Of a DNA stretch of 64,000 nucleotides, positions 9,657 through 20,286 are shown piece after piece (the first letter of the stretch is position 1; each line of letters starts with the position of its first letter). Origin of the DNA: a virus; the IMG/VR virus record IMGVR_UViG_3300032124_000002, positions 15,455 through 79,454 of that record. The stretch is one strand, 5' to 3'. The notes under the pieces were generated by a model, which saw nothing but the letters and a program-made list of their open reading frames with translations, did no database searches and was not told the origin of the DNA. Position numbers and translations under genes: made by a program.

Positions 9657-10693
9657 TGAACGAATTTCAGCGACACTACGCCGCAGCCAGCGGGAAATAT
9701 GGCATTGTGCTGCCCGGCGCGAAGGACTACCTGAAGCCGGAGTTTGCGGAGAATTTCGCGCTGGCGATGGATGCCCAGCCGCAAATGGTTACTGCGAATA
9801 ACGCCGGTATCCCGGCCTACTTCACGAACTACGTCGATCCGGAACTTATCCGCGTTCTCGTAACGCCGATGAAGGCCGCAGAGATTATCGGTGAAGTGAA
9901 AAAAGGCGACTGGACGACGCTGACCTCGCAGTTCCCGATCGTCGAGTCGACTGGTGAAACCAGCGCTTACGGCGACTTCAACAACAACGGCATGACTTCC
10001 GCCAACGTCAACTGGGTGCCGCGCCAGTCGTTCCATTATCAGACTCACACCCGCTGGGGTGAGCGCGAGCTGGACATGTATGGCGCCGGGCGTATCGGCT
10101 ATGCCGCAGAGCTCAACGTGGCCTCTGCGCTTGTGCTGAACAAGTTCCAGAACAAGTCCTACTTCTACGGCATCGCCGGGCTGGAAAACTACGGCCTGCT
10201 CAACGATCCGTCTCTGAGCGCTCCGGTTACTCCGGCGGCGACTGGTTCCGGCGGTGGCGTTACCTGGGCAACGAAAGACGGGCAGGCTGTATATGACGAC
10301 ATTTCCGGTCGCCTCTATAAGCAGCTGGTCTCTCAGACCAAAGGCCTCGTAGAGCGCACCGATCGCATGGTACTCGGCATGTCGCCGGAAATGGAAGTCA
10401 ACCTGACCAAGACGAACCAGTACAACGTGAACGTCACCGATCAGCTGAAGAAAAACTTCCCGAACATGCGTATCGAAACCGCTGTTGAATACAGCACCGC
10501 CTCAGGCGAGCTGGTGCAACTGATTGTTGAGCGTCTGGGTGAGCAGGACACCGCTTACGCAGCATTCACCGAGAAGATGCGCGCGCACGCTGTCGTGGTG
10601 GAAGAGTCTTCCTGGCGGCAGAAAAAATCCGGTGGCACCTGGGGTGCAATCATTCGTCAACCGCTGGGCATTGCCAGCATGATCGGGGTGTAA
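9656..10693 (+). CDS. Major capsid protein (DUF2184, HK97 fold)
   Basis: 345 aa; [20 protein letters not shown] motif; overlaps the upstream gene. Confidence 0.9.
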   Translation: MNEFQRHYAAASGKYGIVLPGAKDYLKPEFAENFALAMDAQPQMVTANNAGIPAYFTNYVDPELIRVLVTPMKAAEIIGEVKKGDWTTLTSQFPIVESTGETSAYGDFNNNGMTSANVNWVPRQSFHYQTHTRWGERELDMYGAGRIGYAAELNVASALVLNKFQNKSYFYGIAGLENYGLLNDPSLSAPVTPAATGSGGGVTWATKDGQAVYDDISGRLYKQLVSQTKGLVERTDRMVLGMSPEMEVNLTKTNQYNVNVTDQLKKNFPNMRIETAVEYSTASGELVQLIVERLGEQDTAYAAFTEKMRAHAVVVEESSWRQKKSGGTWGAIIRQPLGIASMIGV

Positions 10694-10694
10694 C

Positions 10695-11021
10695 ATGGCC
10701 GAAACAGTAACAGTAGGATGCAAACTGCCGAACGGCCTGATCCTGGAGCAGGGCGCGTACAAAGTGGAGCTTAACGGCTCCAACTCCTCTCTCGTTGTCG
10801 GCGGCTACGGCCTGACCGAAAACGTGGACAAGGAAGCCTTTGAGGCGTGGCTGGCAGTACATGCTGATCAGCCATACGTTCGCAAAGAGCTGGTATTTGC
10901 CCAGGCGAAAACCAGCAGCGCTCAGGCGAAAGCGAATGAAAACGCTTCGGAGAAAACTGGTCTGGAAGGTCTGGATCAGAACAACCCGGCCCCGGGCATT
11001 GAGAAGGCGGACAAAAAATAA
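10695..11021 (+). CDS. Head-associated hypothetical protein
   Basis: 108 aa directly after capsid, VGCKLPNGL motif. Confidence 0.7.
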   Translation: MAETVTVGCKLPNGLILEQGAYKVELNGSNSSLVVGGYGLTENVDKEAFEAWLAVHADQPYVRKELVFAQAKTSSAQAKANENASEKTGLEGLDQNNPAPGIEKADKK

Positions 11022-11464
11022 TGGCGATCGTTGTCTTTGATGTTGCCGCATTTCGTGAGCGTTATCCGGAGTTCGATGCCGTAAGTGAAACGCTGCTTAA
11101 TGCGTACTTCACTGAGGCAACGATTTACCTGAATAACACGGACAGCAGCCCGGTAAAAGATATCTCTATCCGGGCTCTTTTCCTGAACATGCTGGTTGCG
11201 CACATTGCGGCGCTGAATTCAGGCGTAAACGGCGAAAAGGCTTCTGGTCTGGTTGGCCGTGTGGCAAGCGCATCTGAGGGGTCAGTGTCAGTATCAGCTG
11301 ACGCAGGGCCCTCAAGCGAAAGCTCCTGGTGGTATAAGCAGACTACTTACGGGTCAGCTTACTGGGAAGCCACAAAGCCTTACAGGACCGGTTTTTATGT
11401 CCCTGGCTCATCCCCTTCAATGTACCCGGGCCATTATAACCGTCGTTCATTCATCCGGAGGTAG
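11021..11464 (+). CDS. Head-tail adaptor (DUF4054)
   Basis: FRERYPEF and [10 protein letters not shown] motifs. Confidence 0.85.
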   Translation: MAIVVFDVAAFRERYPEFDAVSETLLNAYFTEATIYLNNTDSSPVKDISIRALFLNMLVAHIAALNSGVNGEKASGLVGRVASASEGSVSVSADAGPSSESSWWYKQTTYGSAYWEATKPYRTGFYVPGSSPSMYPGHYNRRSFIRR

Positions 11465-11466
11465 CT

Positions 11467-12030
11467 ATGGATGGAATGTCAGGCGGCGATAAGCTGATGG
11501 AGCACCTGCAGTCTATCGCAAAGGGGCTGTCCTCTGGCGATGATTTGAAGGTGGGTTTCCTTGAGGGGGCTAAGTACCCAGACGGGACGCCGGTAGCACT
11601 TGTGGCAGCCACCAACGAATTTGGCGGCACTGTAAAAATCCCGGCGCATACCCGGGATTTGAACTTTTACGTTCGACGTGACGGCGTTTCGCGCTTCGCA
11701 AAGCCATCAAAGGCCAATTTCGCGCAGTCAGTAATGATACCCGAGCATATCGTTACGATCCCATCCCGGCCGTACTTCAGGAAGACCATTTCTGAACATG
11801 GTCCGGAGTGGGGTGGAGAGCTCGGGAAACTCATGAAGGCAAACGATTTTGACGCCCGCAAAAGCCTGGCGCTGATGGGGGAGCGGATAAAGGGGCAGAT
11901 TCAGTCGTCAATCATCGCCTTTTCTGAGCCGCCCAACGCAAAAAGCACGGTCGACCAAAAGGGGTTTAATGACCCGTTAATCTGGTCAGGGCACATGCTG
12001 AACTCGGTCGATTACGAGGTGAAAGAGTGA
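11467..12030 (+). CDS. Neck/tail completion protein
   Basis: IPSRPYFR and KGFNDPLIWSGHMLNSV motifs. Confidence 0.8.
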   Translation: MDGMSGGDKLMEHLQSIAKGLSSGDDLKVGFLEGAKYPDGTPVALVAATNEFGGTVKIPAHTRDLNFYVRRDGVSRFAKPSKANFAQSVMIPEHIVTIPSRPYFRKTISEHGPEWGGELGKLMKANDFDARKSLALMGERIKGQIQSSIIAFSEPPNAKSTVDQKGFNDPLIWSGHMLNSVDYEVKE

Positions 12031-12395
12031 ATCTTCATTCCATAGTGCGAAACGCCATTAGCGCGGTTAATCCTCGCGTCGAGGCGCAGATTTACCGCTC
12101 GATCGGACCAATCAAAAACCCGGATTACTCGACCTCTCCTGGCTTCGCGCCGCCGGTAACGATGATGGTGCAAAAGCAGGCGCTGAGTCAGGCTGATATC
12201 AGGCACATGGATAACATGAATATCCAGGGTGTGCTGGTCAGTATCTGGACGGATGGCAACTGGTGCGGGATTAACAGGGATCGGCAGCAGGGCGGCGATA
12301 AGTTCGTTATCGGCAATGAAACGTGGCTGGTCGTGGATGTGCCTGAAATCTGGCCGGACTGGACGAGGGTTATCGCATGTCAACAATTGACGTAG
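12027..12395 (+). CDS. Head closure/head-tail joining protein
   Basis: 122 aa beta-rich protein, neck-region synteny. Confidence 0.7.
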   Translation: MNLHSIVRNAISAVNPRVEAQIYRSIGPIKNPDYSTSPGFAPPVTMMVQKQALSQADIRHMDNMNIQGVLVSIWTDGNWCGINRDRQQGGDKFVIGNETWLVVDVPEIWPDWTRVIACQQLT

Positions 12396-12928
12396 GCCTG
12401 CAGGTCACTGAAAGCGATCTGTTTAAGGCGACTGGCGATTTCCTTTCTGTCCTCTTCCCGGATTCAGAGATCACGCAGACTCAGCAAAATCAGACCCCCA
12501 TGCCGAAAGGCGGTTTCATCACTATGACGCCGCTTTTTCTGACGGACCTCTCAACCAGTGCTGTCAATTACGAGTATGACGGCGTTAGCGATTACGGGCG
12601 GGCAGAACTTTGCCGCGTTGATGAATGGCAATGTCAGCTCGATTTCTACGGAGATCAGGCGCAAAACAATGCCACCATCTTTTCGCGCATTGCCCGCTCC
12701 GAATTCGCATGCACCTGGTTCAGGGAAAACGCAAATGTCCTGGTACCGCTTTATTCCGGCCCCCCGCGGCAAACCTCGATGATCAACGGCGAGAAACAGT
12801 GGGAATCCCGCTGGACGCTTGAATTCCACGCAAACCCGCTGATTGTCGTCAGCGTTCCTCAGCAGTTTATGACAGGCGCAGATGTGATATCGCAGCCGGT
12901 CGACGTGAGATTTCCTCCGGAGAAATAA
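12377..12928 (+). CDS. Tail terminator protein
   Basis: CQLDFYG motif, immediately before the sheath gene. Confidence 0.75.
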   Translation: MSTIDVGLQVTESDLFKATGDFLSVLFPDSEITQTQQNQTPMPKGGFITMTPLFLTDLSTSAVNYEYDGVSDYGRAELCRVDEWQCQLDFYGDQAQNNATIFSRIARSEFACTWFRENANVLVPLYSGPPRQTSMINGEKQWESRWTLEFHANPLIVVSVPQQFMTGADVISQPVDVRFPPEK

Positions 12929-12931
12929 TAA

Positions 12932-14413
12932 ATGGCAATTTCGCTATCAAAAATCGCCCAGATGCTTCCCGGCGTACTGAAGGCGACAGGGACAGCTATT
13001 GATCTCAATGGCCTGTTCCTGACCGACAGCGCATACGCGCCGGTTGGTGCAGTACCCTCATTTTCCAGTGCGGATGAGGTAAAGGCGTACTTCGGCAGCG
13101 CGTCGATTGAGTACACCGCCGCGGTGCTGTATTTCGCCGCTTTCACCGGTAAAACGCAGATGCCTGGCAAGCTGTATTTTAGCCGATTCAATACCTCAGC
13201 AGTGGCGGCATTCCTTCGTTCTGGATCGCACGCCGCGACCACGCTGGCACAGCTCAAGTTGCTTTCGGGTACGCTGACTCTGACCGTTGACGGTACGGAG
13301 GAGACTTCTGCGGCTATCAACCTCAGCGGCGCCACCAGTTTTGATAACGCGGCAGAGCTGATTGAAACCGGTATTGGTTCCTCGGTTGTAGTGACCTGGG
13401 ATAGCGTGCTGAAGAAATTCATCATCACCTCTGCCACCACAGGCGTGGATAGCACCATTACCTTTGCCGATGAAGGTACGCTGGCCACAGGTCTTAAACT
13501 GACCGAAGCGACCGGTGCGGTGATCTCTCAGGGTGCGGCGCCGGCAGTGGTTGACGATATCTTTACTGCCATTCTGGCCAAAGAGCAGGACTGGGTAACA
13601 TTCTCCACGACGTTCGCTGTCACCAAAGACCAGGCTAATGCGTTTGCGCTCTGGACAAACAGCCAGAACCACCGCTTTGCCTATGTCCCATGGGACGCAT
13701 CAGGAACGGCAATCGTGGCGGGCAGCTCGAATGCACTGGTGTATGACATCATCAACACCTACGCCTATAACGACACCTGCCCGGTGTATGGTTATCCGAA
13801 CCACGCAGCAAACGCTATGGGGTTTGTGGCTGCGCTGAACTTCACGCAGGCCAATGGGCGCTGTTCTCTGAATGGTCGTCAGGTGTCCGGCCTGCTGCCG
13901 ATGATCAGTAACGATACTGATTACGAGGCGGCCAAGGCCAACGGTTATAACTTCTACGGCAACTATGCCTCGAATGCCGTCGAAACCAACCAGTGGGCTC
14001 CCGGCTCTATTACCGGTGATTACGCCTGGCTTGACGCATGGGCGGGTCAGGTATGGGTAAATGCTCAGCTTCAGGCGGCTCTCGTTGCGCTGTTCCAGCA
14101 GGCGAGCAATCTGCCCTACGCAGCAGCCGGAAAAGCTCGCATTGAGTCGTGCATGAAGCCGACCATTGAGCAATTCAGGGCGTGGGGTGGCATGACGGCG
14201 GGCACCGATCTTGACCAGTCGCAGATCGACCAGATTAACGCCATCGCTGGCGTCGATGTTACGGATTCGCTTCTGGCTGAAGGGTATTACGTCTACATCG
14301 GCCCGTTCACCGCGGCAATGCGCGCCGCGCGTACCAAGCCAACGGTTTACTTCTGGTACACCGACGGCGGGATCATCCAGGGTATCACCGTTAACAGCGT
14401 GGAGGTGCAGTAA
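12932..14413 (+). CDS. Contractile tail sheath (DUF3383)
   Basis: 493 aa; NGYNFYG and YFWYTDGGIIQGI C-terminal motifs. Confidence 0.9.
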   Translation: MAISLSKIAQMLPGVLKATGTAIDLNGLFLTDSAYAPVGAVPSFSSADEVKAYFGSASIEYTAAVLYFAAFTGKTQMPGKLYFSRFNTSAVAAFLRSGSHAATTLAQLKLLSGTLTLTVDGTEETSAAINLSGATSFDNAAELIETGIGSSVVVTWDSVLKKFIITSATTGVDSTITFADEGTLATGLKLTEATGAVISQGAAPAVVDDIFTAILAKEQDWVTFSTTFAVTKDQANAFALWTNSQNHRFAYVPWDASGTAIVAGSSNALVYDIINTYAYNDTCPVYGYPNHAANAMGFVAALNFTQANGRCSLNGRQVSGLLPMISNDTDYEAAKANGYNFYGNYASNAVETNQWAPGSITGDYAWLDAWAGQVWVNAQLQAALVALFQQASNLPYAAAGKARIESCMKPTIEQFRAWGGMTAGTDLDQSQIDQINAIAGVDVTDSLLAEGYYVYIGPFTAAMRAARTKPTVYFWYTDGGIIQGITVNSVEVQ

Positions 14414-14856
14414 TGGCCGGTCAAAATATTACGTCGGCAGACGCCATCATTGAGCTGGTAATCGCTGAGCTCTACCCGTCAGGGTTTAACCTGGAGCAGT
14501 TCGAAGCGCAGAACATCTTCGAAATGGGTGATACTGACACGGCAGAGTACCAGCGTACTGCTGACGGGAAACTGCTGGGCGGTTTTGTTTATGGTGATCT
14601 TCCGTGGACTTTCCATCTGGCGGCATCATCCCCGTCGATTAAGTACATCGACAACTGGCAAACCACGCAGATGACCACGCGGTCTGTGCTGCGTGTCAAT
14701 GGTACGGTGATCCTGCCGTCGCTGGGTAAAAAGTACATTATGACCAACGGTATCCTGCAGCGCGCGCGCCGTATGCCGTCTGCCGGCCGTGTGCTTCAGC
14801 CGGTAACTGGACTCATCCAGTGGGAAACTGTCACCCCGGCAGACTACTCAGCGTAA
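14413..14856 (+). CDS. Tail tube protein
   Basis: 147 aa right after the sheath; NITSADA..LEQF motif. Confidence 0.85.
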   Translation: MAGQNITSADAIIELVIAELYPSGFNLEQFEAQNIFEMGDTDTAEYQRTADGKLLGGFVYGDLPWTFHLAASSPSIKYIDNWQTTQMTTRSVLRVNGTVILPSLGKKYIMTNGILQRARRMPSAGRVLQPVTGLIQWETVTPADYSA

Positions 14857-14862
14857 ACAATC

Positions 14863-14887
14863 AGCCCGGCCAAGTCCGGGCTTTTTT
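14863..14887 (+). terminator. Intrinsic terminator after the tube gene
   Basis: agcccgg-ccaagt-ccgggct plus T-tract. Confidence 0.75.
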
Positions 14888-14905
14888 ATACCAGAAATAA
14901 ACCCC

Positions 14906-15026
14906 TGCGCGTCGCAGCGCATTTAACTCCCGAGTCTTTCAGAAAGCTGAGCCTGAGAAATGCCGTATAGGTGCGGACCTTCTCGGGGCGGCATTTCTGT
15001 GCGAACAGGCTCATCTTTCTAAAGGA
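14906..15026 (+). ncRNA. Structured cis-leader element, copy 2
   Basis: agaaag/ctttct, tgagcctg/caggctca, agaaatgccg/cggcatttct and aggt/acct stems ending at the AAAGGA RBS of rha. Confidence 0.65.
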
Positions 15027-15035
15027 AATACCGCA

Positions 15036-15593
15036 ATGTCATACCCAACAGTTATTAACGGACTTGATTTCCGTGACCTCATTTTTGTTGCTGACAACGA
15101 CCCGGTAACTGACTCGTTTATGGTGGCGAAGGCATTTGGGAAACGTCCTGACAACGTCATTCGTGATATCGAAAAAACTATTAAGGCATGCCCGGAAGAG
15201 TTCGATACAAAACTCAATTTTGAGGTTTGCTATAAAAACAATGAGTTGCAGAACGGAAAGCCGCAGAAGTTCTATCGACTCCGCAAAGATGGATTGATGC
15301 TTCTGGTTATGTCCTACACCAAAAAAGAGGCGATGCGTATTAAGATCGCCTACATCAACGCCTTCAACTGGATGTACGCGATGCTTCAGGTAGGGCGGCG
15401 CCAGTTTGAAGAAGAGCGTAACGCCGTCATGCTGGAGTTCCTGAAAGAGAAGGATGTCGCCAGTATGTCTGGTCGTCTGTTACGCCGGTGGGGGAAAGAG
15501 AAGAAGCCACAGCTACTTTCACGCATTGAGCAACTGGACAAGCAAGGTCAGTTGGCATTGCCCGGTTTTCCTGGTGCGCTTACCGAATCATGA
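15036..15593 (+). CDS. rha: Rha family regulatory protein (moron)
   Basis: TDSFMVAKAFGKRPDNVIRDI and KDGLMLLVMSYTKKEAMRIKIAYINAF Rha motifs. Confidence 0.88.
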   Translation: MSYPTVINGLDFRDLIFVADNDPVTDSFMVAKAFGKRPDNVIRDIEKTIKACPEEFDTKLNFEVCYKNNELQNGKPQKFYRLRKDGLMLLVMSYTKKEAMRIKIAYINAFNWMYAMLQVGRRQFEEERNAVMLEFLKEKDVASMSGRLLRRWGKEKKPQLLSRIEQLDKQGQLALPGFPGALTES

Positions 15594-15620
15594 AAACCAC
15601 AAATTCGTGGTTTTTGAATG

Positions 15621-15642
15621 GCCCACTACGGTGGGCTTTTTT
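15621..15642 (+). terminator. Intrinsic terminator after rha
   Basis: gcccac-tacg-gtgggc plus tttttt. Confidence 0.75.
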
Positions 15643-15672
15643 ATTGCCAGATAACTCATTCAGGAAACAAAA

Positions 15673-16149
15673 ATGGCTCGTAAAAGCATCGTATTCACGG
15701 TTGAAGCAGATAACCGTGACAAGGGTAAGCAGTTCAAAATCACCGAAATGCCGGCGAGAAAGGCCGAAGAGTGGGCGATCCGCCTGGCGTGTGCCGTGAT
15801 TGGCGCCGGCGTTACCGTTCCCGACAATATGATGATGGCCATCGGTGCTGCGGTGGCGCCGGCCCCAGCCGAGGATAACGCAGAAGCTCGCGAGCTGTAC
15901 GAAAGCGTGATGGCCAGCGGCATGGCAGGTCTCGCTCAGTGGGGTATCACATCACTGGCTAAAGTTCCGTTCGCACAGTCCAAGCCTCTGCTTGATGAGT
16001 TGCTTGGCTGCGTGAAATTCCTCGGAGGTAATGGTATCGAAACAGCGCTTGTTGACGAAGGTCAGATCGAAGAAATTAGCACCTGGTCGCGCCTGAAAAT
16101 CGAAGCCTTCAAACTCCATATCGCTTTTGTAGCAGCCACCGCAAGTTAG
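15673..16149 (+). CDS. Tail assembly chaperone
   Basis: 158 aa upstream of the tape measure gene. Confidence 0.8.
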   Translation: MARKSIVFTVEADNRDKGKQFKITEMPARKAEEWAIRLACAVIGAGVTVPDNMMMAIGAAVAPAPAEDNAEARELYESVMASGMAGLAQWGITSLAKVPFAQSKPLLDELLGCVKFLGGNGIETALVDEGQIEEISTWSRLKIEAFKLHIAFVAATAS

Positions 16150-16373
16150 AAATCCCCTTATCCGTCCCGGAAGATTCAGATCGCGGCTTTATACAGTATG
16201 CGAATGTACCGCGCACCATCGCCGCGGTGATCTCCGGGAAAATGGCGACACTCCACGAACTGGACACCGTATACAGCGTCCAGGATATGTGGTGGCTGAT
16301 TGAAATAATGACCGTGGATAACACCAACAGAGCCATAGCAGCGGAGAGTGATCATGGCAGCAACGGTAATTGA
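16146..16373 (+). CDS. Second tail chaperone segment, probably reached by -1 frameshift
   Basis: Open -1 frame LEIPLSVPEDSDRGFIQYANVPRTIAAVISGKMATLHELDTVYSVQDMWWLIEIM...*, overlapping the chaperone stop and TMP start. Confidence 0.6.
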   Translation, partial: LEIPLSVPEDSDRGFIQYANVPRTIAAVISGKMATLHELDTVYSVQDMWWLIEIMTVDNTNRAIAAESDHGSNGN

Positions 16374-18270
16374 CGCCCTCCTGGTTACGCTGGGCCTTGA
16401 TACTTCTCAGTTCCGCAAAGGCCAGCAGGAAGTCAGTGACGACCTGAAAAAGCAGCGCGAAGACGCCAAAAACACCGCCAAGGAAATGGCTGAGCAGGGC
16501 AAGAAAGCCGCTTCGTTCTTCAGCAGCATAAAGACTGAATTGCTGGCACTGACTGGCGTTACTGTCACTGCCGGCGGCCTGATAAGCTTTGTGAAAAGCA
16601 CCACTTCCGGCCTGATGGATTTATCGATCCAGTCGAAAGCGCTAGGGCTGTCAGCCCGTGAGCTTGACGGCTGGTCGAAGTCAGCAGAGGCTGCAGGGAG
16701 TTCAGCTGAGAAGATAAGCGCTTCTCTGCAGGGGTTTCAGGGCGCCATACAGGGCTCCAGGGTCGGCGATTACAGTAGCTCTATTTTTGGTGGACTTGCG
16801 CAGTTAAATGCGCTGACGGGCCAGAATTTTGACGTGTGGGGACAGGACGCCAGTTCCCTGGCCAAAACATCCCTTGATGCGCTACGGAAAATCAGCGATC
16901 CAAACCTTCGCCGGCAGGTCGGGTTAAGTCTTGGATTTGATGATGCAACCTTGCAGCGTAATCAGGAAGGGAAATTCCTGCCTGACGTTGATCGCCTGAC
17001 CAAAAGCTCCGGCATTACAGACGCCTCAACCAAAGGCGCAAAGGAATTTACAGCTGCATGGGCGGAGCTGGGCCAAAATCTCGACACGGTAAAAAACCAG
17101 ATTTACGTGGGCTTGATACCAACCATTCGCGATCTGAATGGTCTCCTCATAGAGTGGTCGTCTGGTAACGCAAAATCATCTTCATTCTTCAAAGAGCTGA
17201 AGCGGGACATTAACGACATTACTGGTATTGACCTTGGTAGCTGGACGCTATCAGGCGATCTGCGCAACCTCAAAGATAACTTTTCCATGCTCGGAAAAGT
17301 GCTCAATCACCTGGGTAACGCTTTAAACGAGCTCAATAACGGCAACTTCTCCAAGGCTGCCGATGAGTTTAAAAAGGCGTGGTACGGCACTGAAGACGGA
17401 AAGCCTACCGGTAATGATGCGCTGCCCGGGGTGACAAGTAACTCCCAAAGCATTTACGAAAACAGCACGTATAAAAAATATAATGACCTCCTGAACAAGT
17501 ATCTACCCGAGTGGCTGGGGGGAACACCTTCGGACAGAAAGAAGGACCAAGATGAGAAGTCTTACTGGGATACGACAAAGACTCTGCTTTCTAAAATAGC
17601 CGATGCCATTGTCACCCCTGCTGGCGCCTCCTCTTTAGAGCCAAGTATCGGGGGGTATCAGCCCAACGTCCCGCTTAACGCTCAGGCCGCTCGTCTTGGC
17701 GCTAAAGGAAAGGCATTTCTTCAGGCAATGGCTGGGGAGTTCGGATCGCTGGAAGGTAAATATGGACTTCCAGCCGGTCTGCTGTCTTCGGTAGCTGCTA
17801 CTGAATCAGGTGGTGACCCGTTCGCTGAGTCGAAAGCCGGAGCAAAAGGCTTGTTCCAGTTCATGCCAGGCACCGCAAAAGATATGGGGCTGAAAGGTCG
17901 TGACGTTTACGATCCCCATAAGTCTGCAGAGGCCGCAGCGAAATATCTAAGATGGTTAATGGATGCCACAGGCGGCGATCTGGAAAAAACTCTTGCTTCC
18001 TATAACTGGGGGCTCGGAAACGTCCAGAAGAAAGGCATGGATAACCTGCCGTCGGAAACTCGCAATTACGTCCCTAAAGTCATGGCCGGAATGCGCCCCG
18101 GCGCCGGTATGGCCGTAGACCGCGCGATGCCCGGGCAGTCCGGCGCGACTTATCAGTTTTATGGCACCAAAATCACCACCCAGGCCCAGAACGTGGAACA
18201 GCTTACCAGCGACATCAAAAAGCACGGCGACAACCGTGTCATGCTTTTGGCTGGCTACTCAGGACAATAA
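16354..18270 (+). CDS. Tape measure protein with lytic transglycosylase (SLT) domain
   Basis: ATESGGDPFAESKAGAKGLFQFMPGTA and LASYNWGLGNV SLT motifs. Confidence 0.9.
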   Translation: MAATVIDALLVTLGLDTSQFRKGQQEVSDDLKKQREDAKNTAKEMAEQGKKAASFFSSIKTELLALTGVTVTAGGLISFVKSTTSGLMDLSIQSKALGLSARELDGWSKSAEAAGSSAEKISASLQGFQGAIQGSRVGDYSSSIFGGLAQLNALTGQNFDVWGQDASSLAKTSLDALRKISDPNLRRQVGLSLGFDDATLQRNQEGKFLPDVDRLTKSSGITDASTKGAKEFTAAWAELGQNLDTVKNQIYVGLIPTIRDLNGLLIEWSSGNAKSSSFFKELKRDINDITGIDLGSWTLSGDLRNLKDNFSMLGKVLNHLGNALNELNNGNFSKAADEFKKAWYGTEDGKPTGNDALPGVTSNSQSIYENSTYKKYNDLLNKYLPEWLGGTPSDRKKDQDEKSYWDTTKTLLSKIADAIVTPAGASSLEPSIGGYQPNVPLNAQAARLGAKGKAFLQAMAGEFGSLEGKYGLPAGLLSSVAATESGGDPFAESKAGAKGLFQFMPGTAKDMGLKGRDVYDPHKSAEAAAKYLRWLMDATGGDLEKTLASYNWGLGNVQKKGMDNLPSETRNYVPKVMAGMRPGAGMAVDRAMPGQSGATYQFYGTKITTQAQNVEQLTSDIKKHGDNRVMLLAGYSGQ

Positions 18271-18273
18271 CTC

Positions 18274-19113
18274 ATGTCGTTTTCTCTGAATGTCTCGACA
18301 GTGCTATCCGCCATTCAGGGAGGAAGCCTGTTATCCGTCCTTAACAGCGCCCTGTCGCCAACTTACCGGATCACCTATAACACCGTTGACGAGTCGCTTT
18401 TGACGGCTGCAGCCGGGCAGGAGGTTTTCTCTCCTTCCGGCTGGGTTAGCGTTGATCGCTACGGTGATGCGGCAGTGACTAAGGGGCCAGTAGAAAAGGG
18501 CCGGTACACGTCCTACAACAAAGTGAAACAGCCGTCTGAACTCAGGATCATTTTTGCCCTTGAGGGATGGACGGCTTTTTCCGGGTCACTGCCTAACCTG
18601 ACCAATTTCTCTTTGCTGAGCCGGAACAATTTCATTCAGAAACTGGATGAGATGAAAAACACGGCCAGCACCTACAACATCGAGACGCCGGACACGGTGT
18701 ATTACAGCTACGATCTGACCCACTTCGATTATTTTGTGGGGTCATATCGCGGGCAGACGTTGTTGATGGCGAACTGCACTTTCGAGGAGATCATGGACGG
18801 CGGGGAGGTCATGCTTTCAAATGCTGTGATTGAAGGGCCGCCGACCAGCAACGCGAAAACCAACAATGGCGCCGCAGCCTCAACGCAGGTGATCACCGGG
18901 GCAACGAAAGAGGTGACATTGAGCGATGTTAAGAATGCCTGGTCAAGTGCAGATACAACCTTATCAGACGCTCTCCAGACGACTGGGGCGGCGATTGTGT
19001 CTAACGTTAACTCGGCAGCCGAGTCGGTCTCTAAGTCGTGGGACAGTTCATCTACTGCAGTTTCTAAGCAGATAAAAAGCACCGTCTCCGACTTTCTGGA
19101 AAAGGTGATGTGA
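18274..19113 (+). CDS. Baseplate/tube initiator (Dit-like) protein
   Basis: Follows TMP; GPVEKGRYTSYNKV motif. Confidence 0.7.
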   Translation: MSFSLNVSTVLSAIQGGSLLSVLNSALSPTYRITYNTVDESLLTAAAGQEVFSPSGWVSVDRYGDAAVTKGPVEKGRYTSYNKVKQPSELRIIFALEGWTAFSGSLPNLTNFSLLSRNNFIQKLDEMKNTASTYNIETPDTVYYSYDLTHFDYFVGSYRGQTLLMANCTFEEIMDGGEVMLSNAVIEGPPTSNAKTNNGAAASTQVITGATKEVTLSDVKNAWSSADTTLSDALQTTGAAIVSNVNSAAESVSKSWDSSSTAVSKQIKSTVSDFLEKVM

Positions 19114-19114
19114 C

Positions 19115-19420
19115 ATGCAGGAAATTAGCTTATCACCGTCACTATCTCAAAAGGTCTATGTCACGCTTGGCGGCCAGAACTGCGCGATCAAGTTACATCA
19201 GCGTTCAACCGGGTTTTACGCCGATCTGTATGTCGATGACAAGCCGATATTTCAGGGCGTTCTCTGCCTGAACTGCGTCTACCTGGTTCGGTATAAATAT
19301 CTGGGGTTCAGTGGCGATCTGGTTTTCGTTGACTCAAAAGGTACAGCCGATCCCTATTACGACGAAATCGGCACCAGATTCAAGCTGTATTATGCGACGA
19401 GCAGTGAGGTAGGCAGATGA
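19115..19420 (+). CDS. Small baseplate protein
   Basis: 101 aa, baseplate cluster synteny. Confidence 0.7.
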   Translation: MQEISLSPSLSQKVYVTLGGQNCAIKLHQRSTGFYADLYVDDKPIFQGVLCLNCVYLVRYKYLGFSGDLVFVDSKGTADPYYDEIGTRFKLYYATSSEVGR

Positions 19421-20286
19421 GTTACAAGGAGAGAGAGCTTACCGTATCGTTCACGCTGGCCAACGGTACGTTTGACGGTGGCATTGGTAATACGCTGACG
19501 GTTAAAGGCTTCAAATGTGAAGCTGCTATATCTGCCTTTGGCGGCGCTACAGGCACAATGTTGGAACTAAGCCTGTGGGGCCTGTCGCTGGAGAACATGG
19601 CCAAGCTGACGACCAACGCGCAAAAAATAATCGCCGCCGAGCAAAATGCTATCGTCGTTTATGCCGGAGACACCCGTGTTTTTTCCGGGTCAATAACATC
19701 TGCCAGGATTAACCTGAACCAGATGCCGGATGCACCGATTGAGATAACCGCGGCGGCCGCTGGCAGGGAGCGCCTGATCCCATGTGAGCCTACATCCATT
19801 CGCGGTGATGCGGATGTGGCTGATATGATTCGCGCTCTTGCCTTTAAAGTTGGCCTGAAATTCATCAATGTCGACGTCAAAAGCACCGAGCGCAACCCGG
19901 TGTACAAAGGCAATGCGATAAAGCAGATCATTGAAATAGCAGCAGCGCATAAAATAACGGTAAATATTGATTTTGGCACGGTCACTATTTACACCGGAAA
20001 GAAACCCTCTGACTCTGTCGTTCCATATGTTTCTCCATCAACAGGGCTTATTGGGTATCCGATTTTTTATGACATGGGGATTAACTTTCGCTGCATTTAC
20101 TCTCCATCTCTGAAACTGAATACCAAAATCATCCTTGAGACTGACCTGCCGCACGCAAGCGGGGAATGGATTATTCAGGCAGGAACTACTCATTATCTTT
20201 CCTGTAAAGTTCCCGGTGGTCTGTGGGAAACGTTCGTTGTGGCCGCGCCTGGGTATCTTGTAAAAGGGGATGAAAATGCTAACTAA
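19417..20286 (+). CDS. Baseplate hub protein
   Basis: 289 aa; SPSTGLIGYP motif; synteny. Confidence 0.78.
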   Translation: MSYKERELTVSFTLANGTFDGGIGNTLTVKGFKCEAAISAFGGATGTMLELSLWGLSLENMAKLTTNAQKIIAAEQNAIVVYAGDTRVFSGSITSARINLNQMPDAPIEITAAAAGRERLIPCEPTSIRGDADVADMIRALAFKVGLKFINVDVKSTERNPVYKGNAIKQIIEIAAAHKITVNIDFGTVTIYTGKKPSDSVVPYVSPSTGLIGYPIFYDMGINFRCIYSPSLKLNTKIILETDLPHASGEWIIQAGTTHYLSCKVPGGLWETFVVAAPGYLVKGDENAN

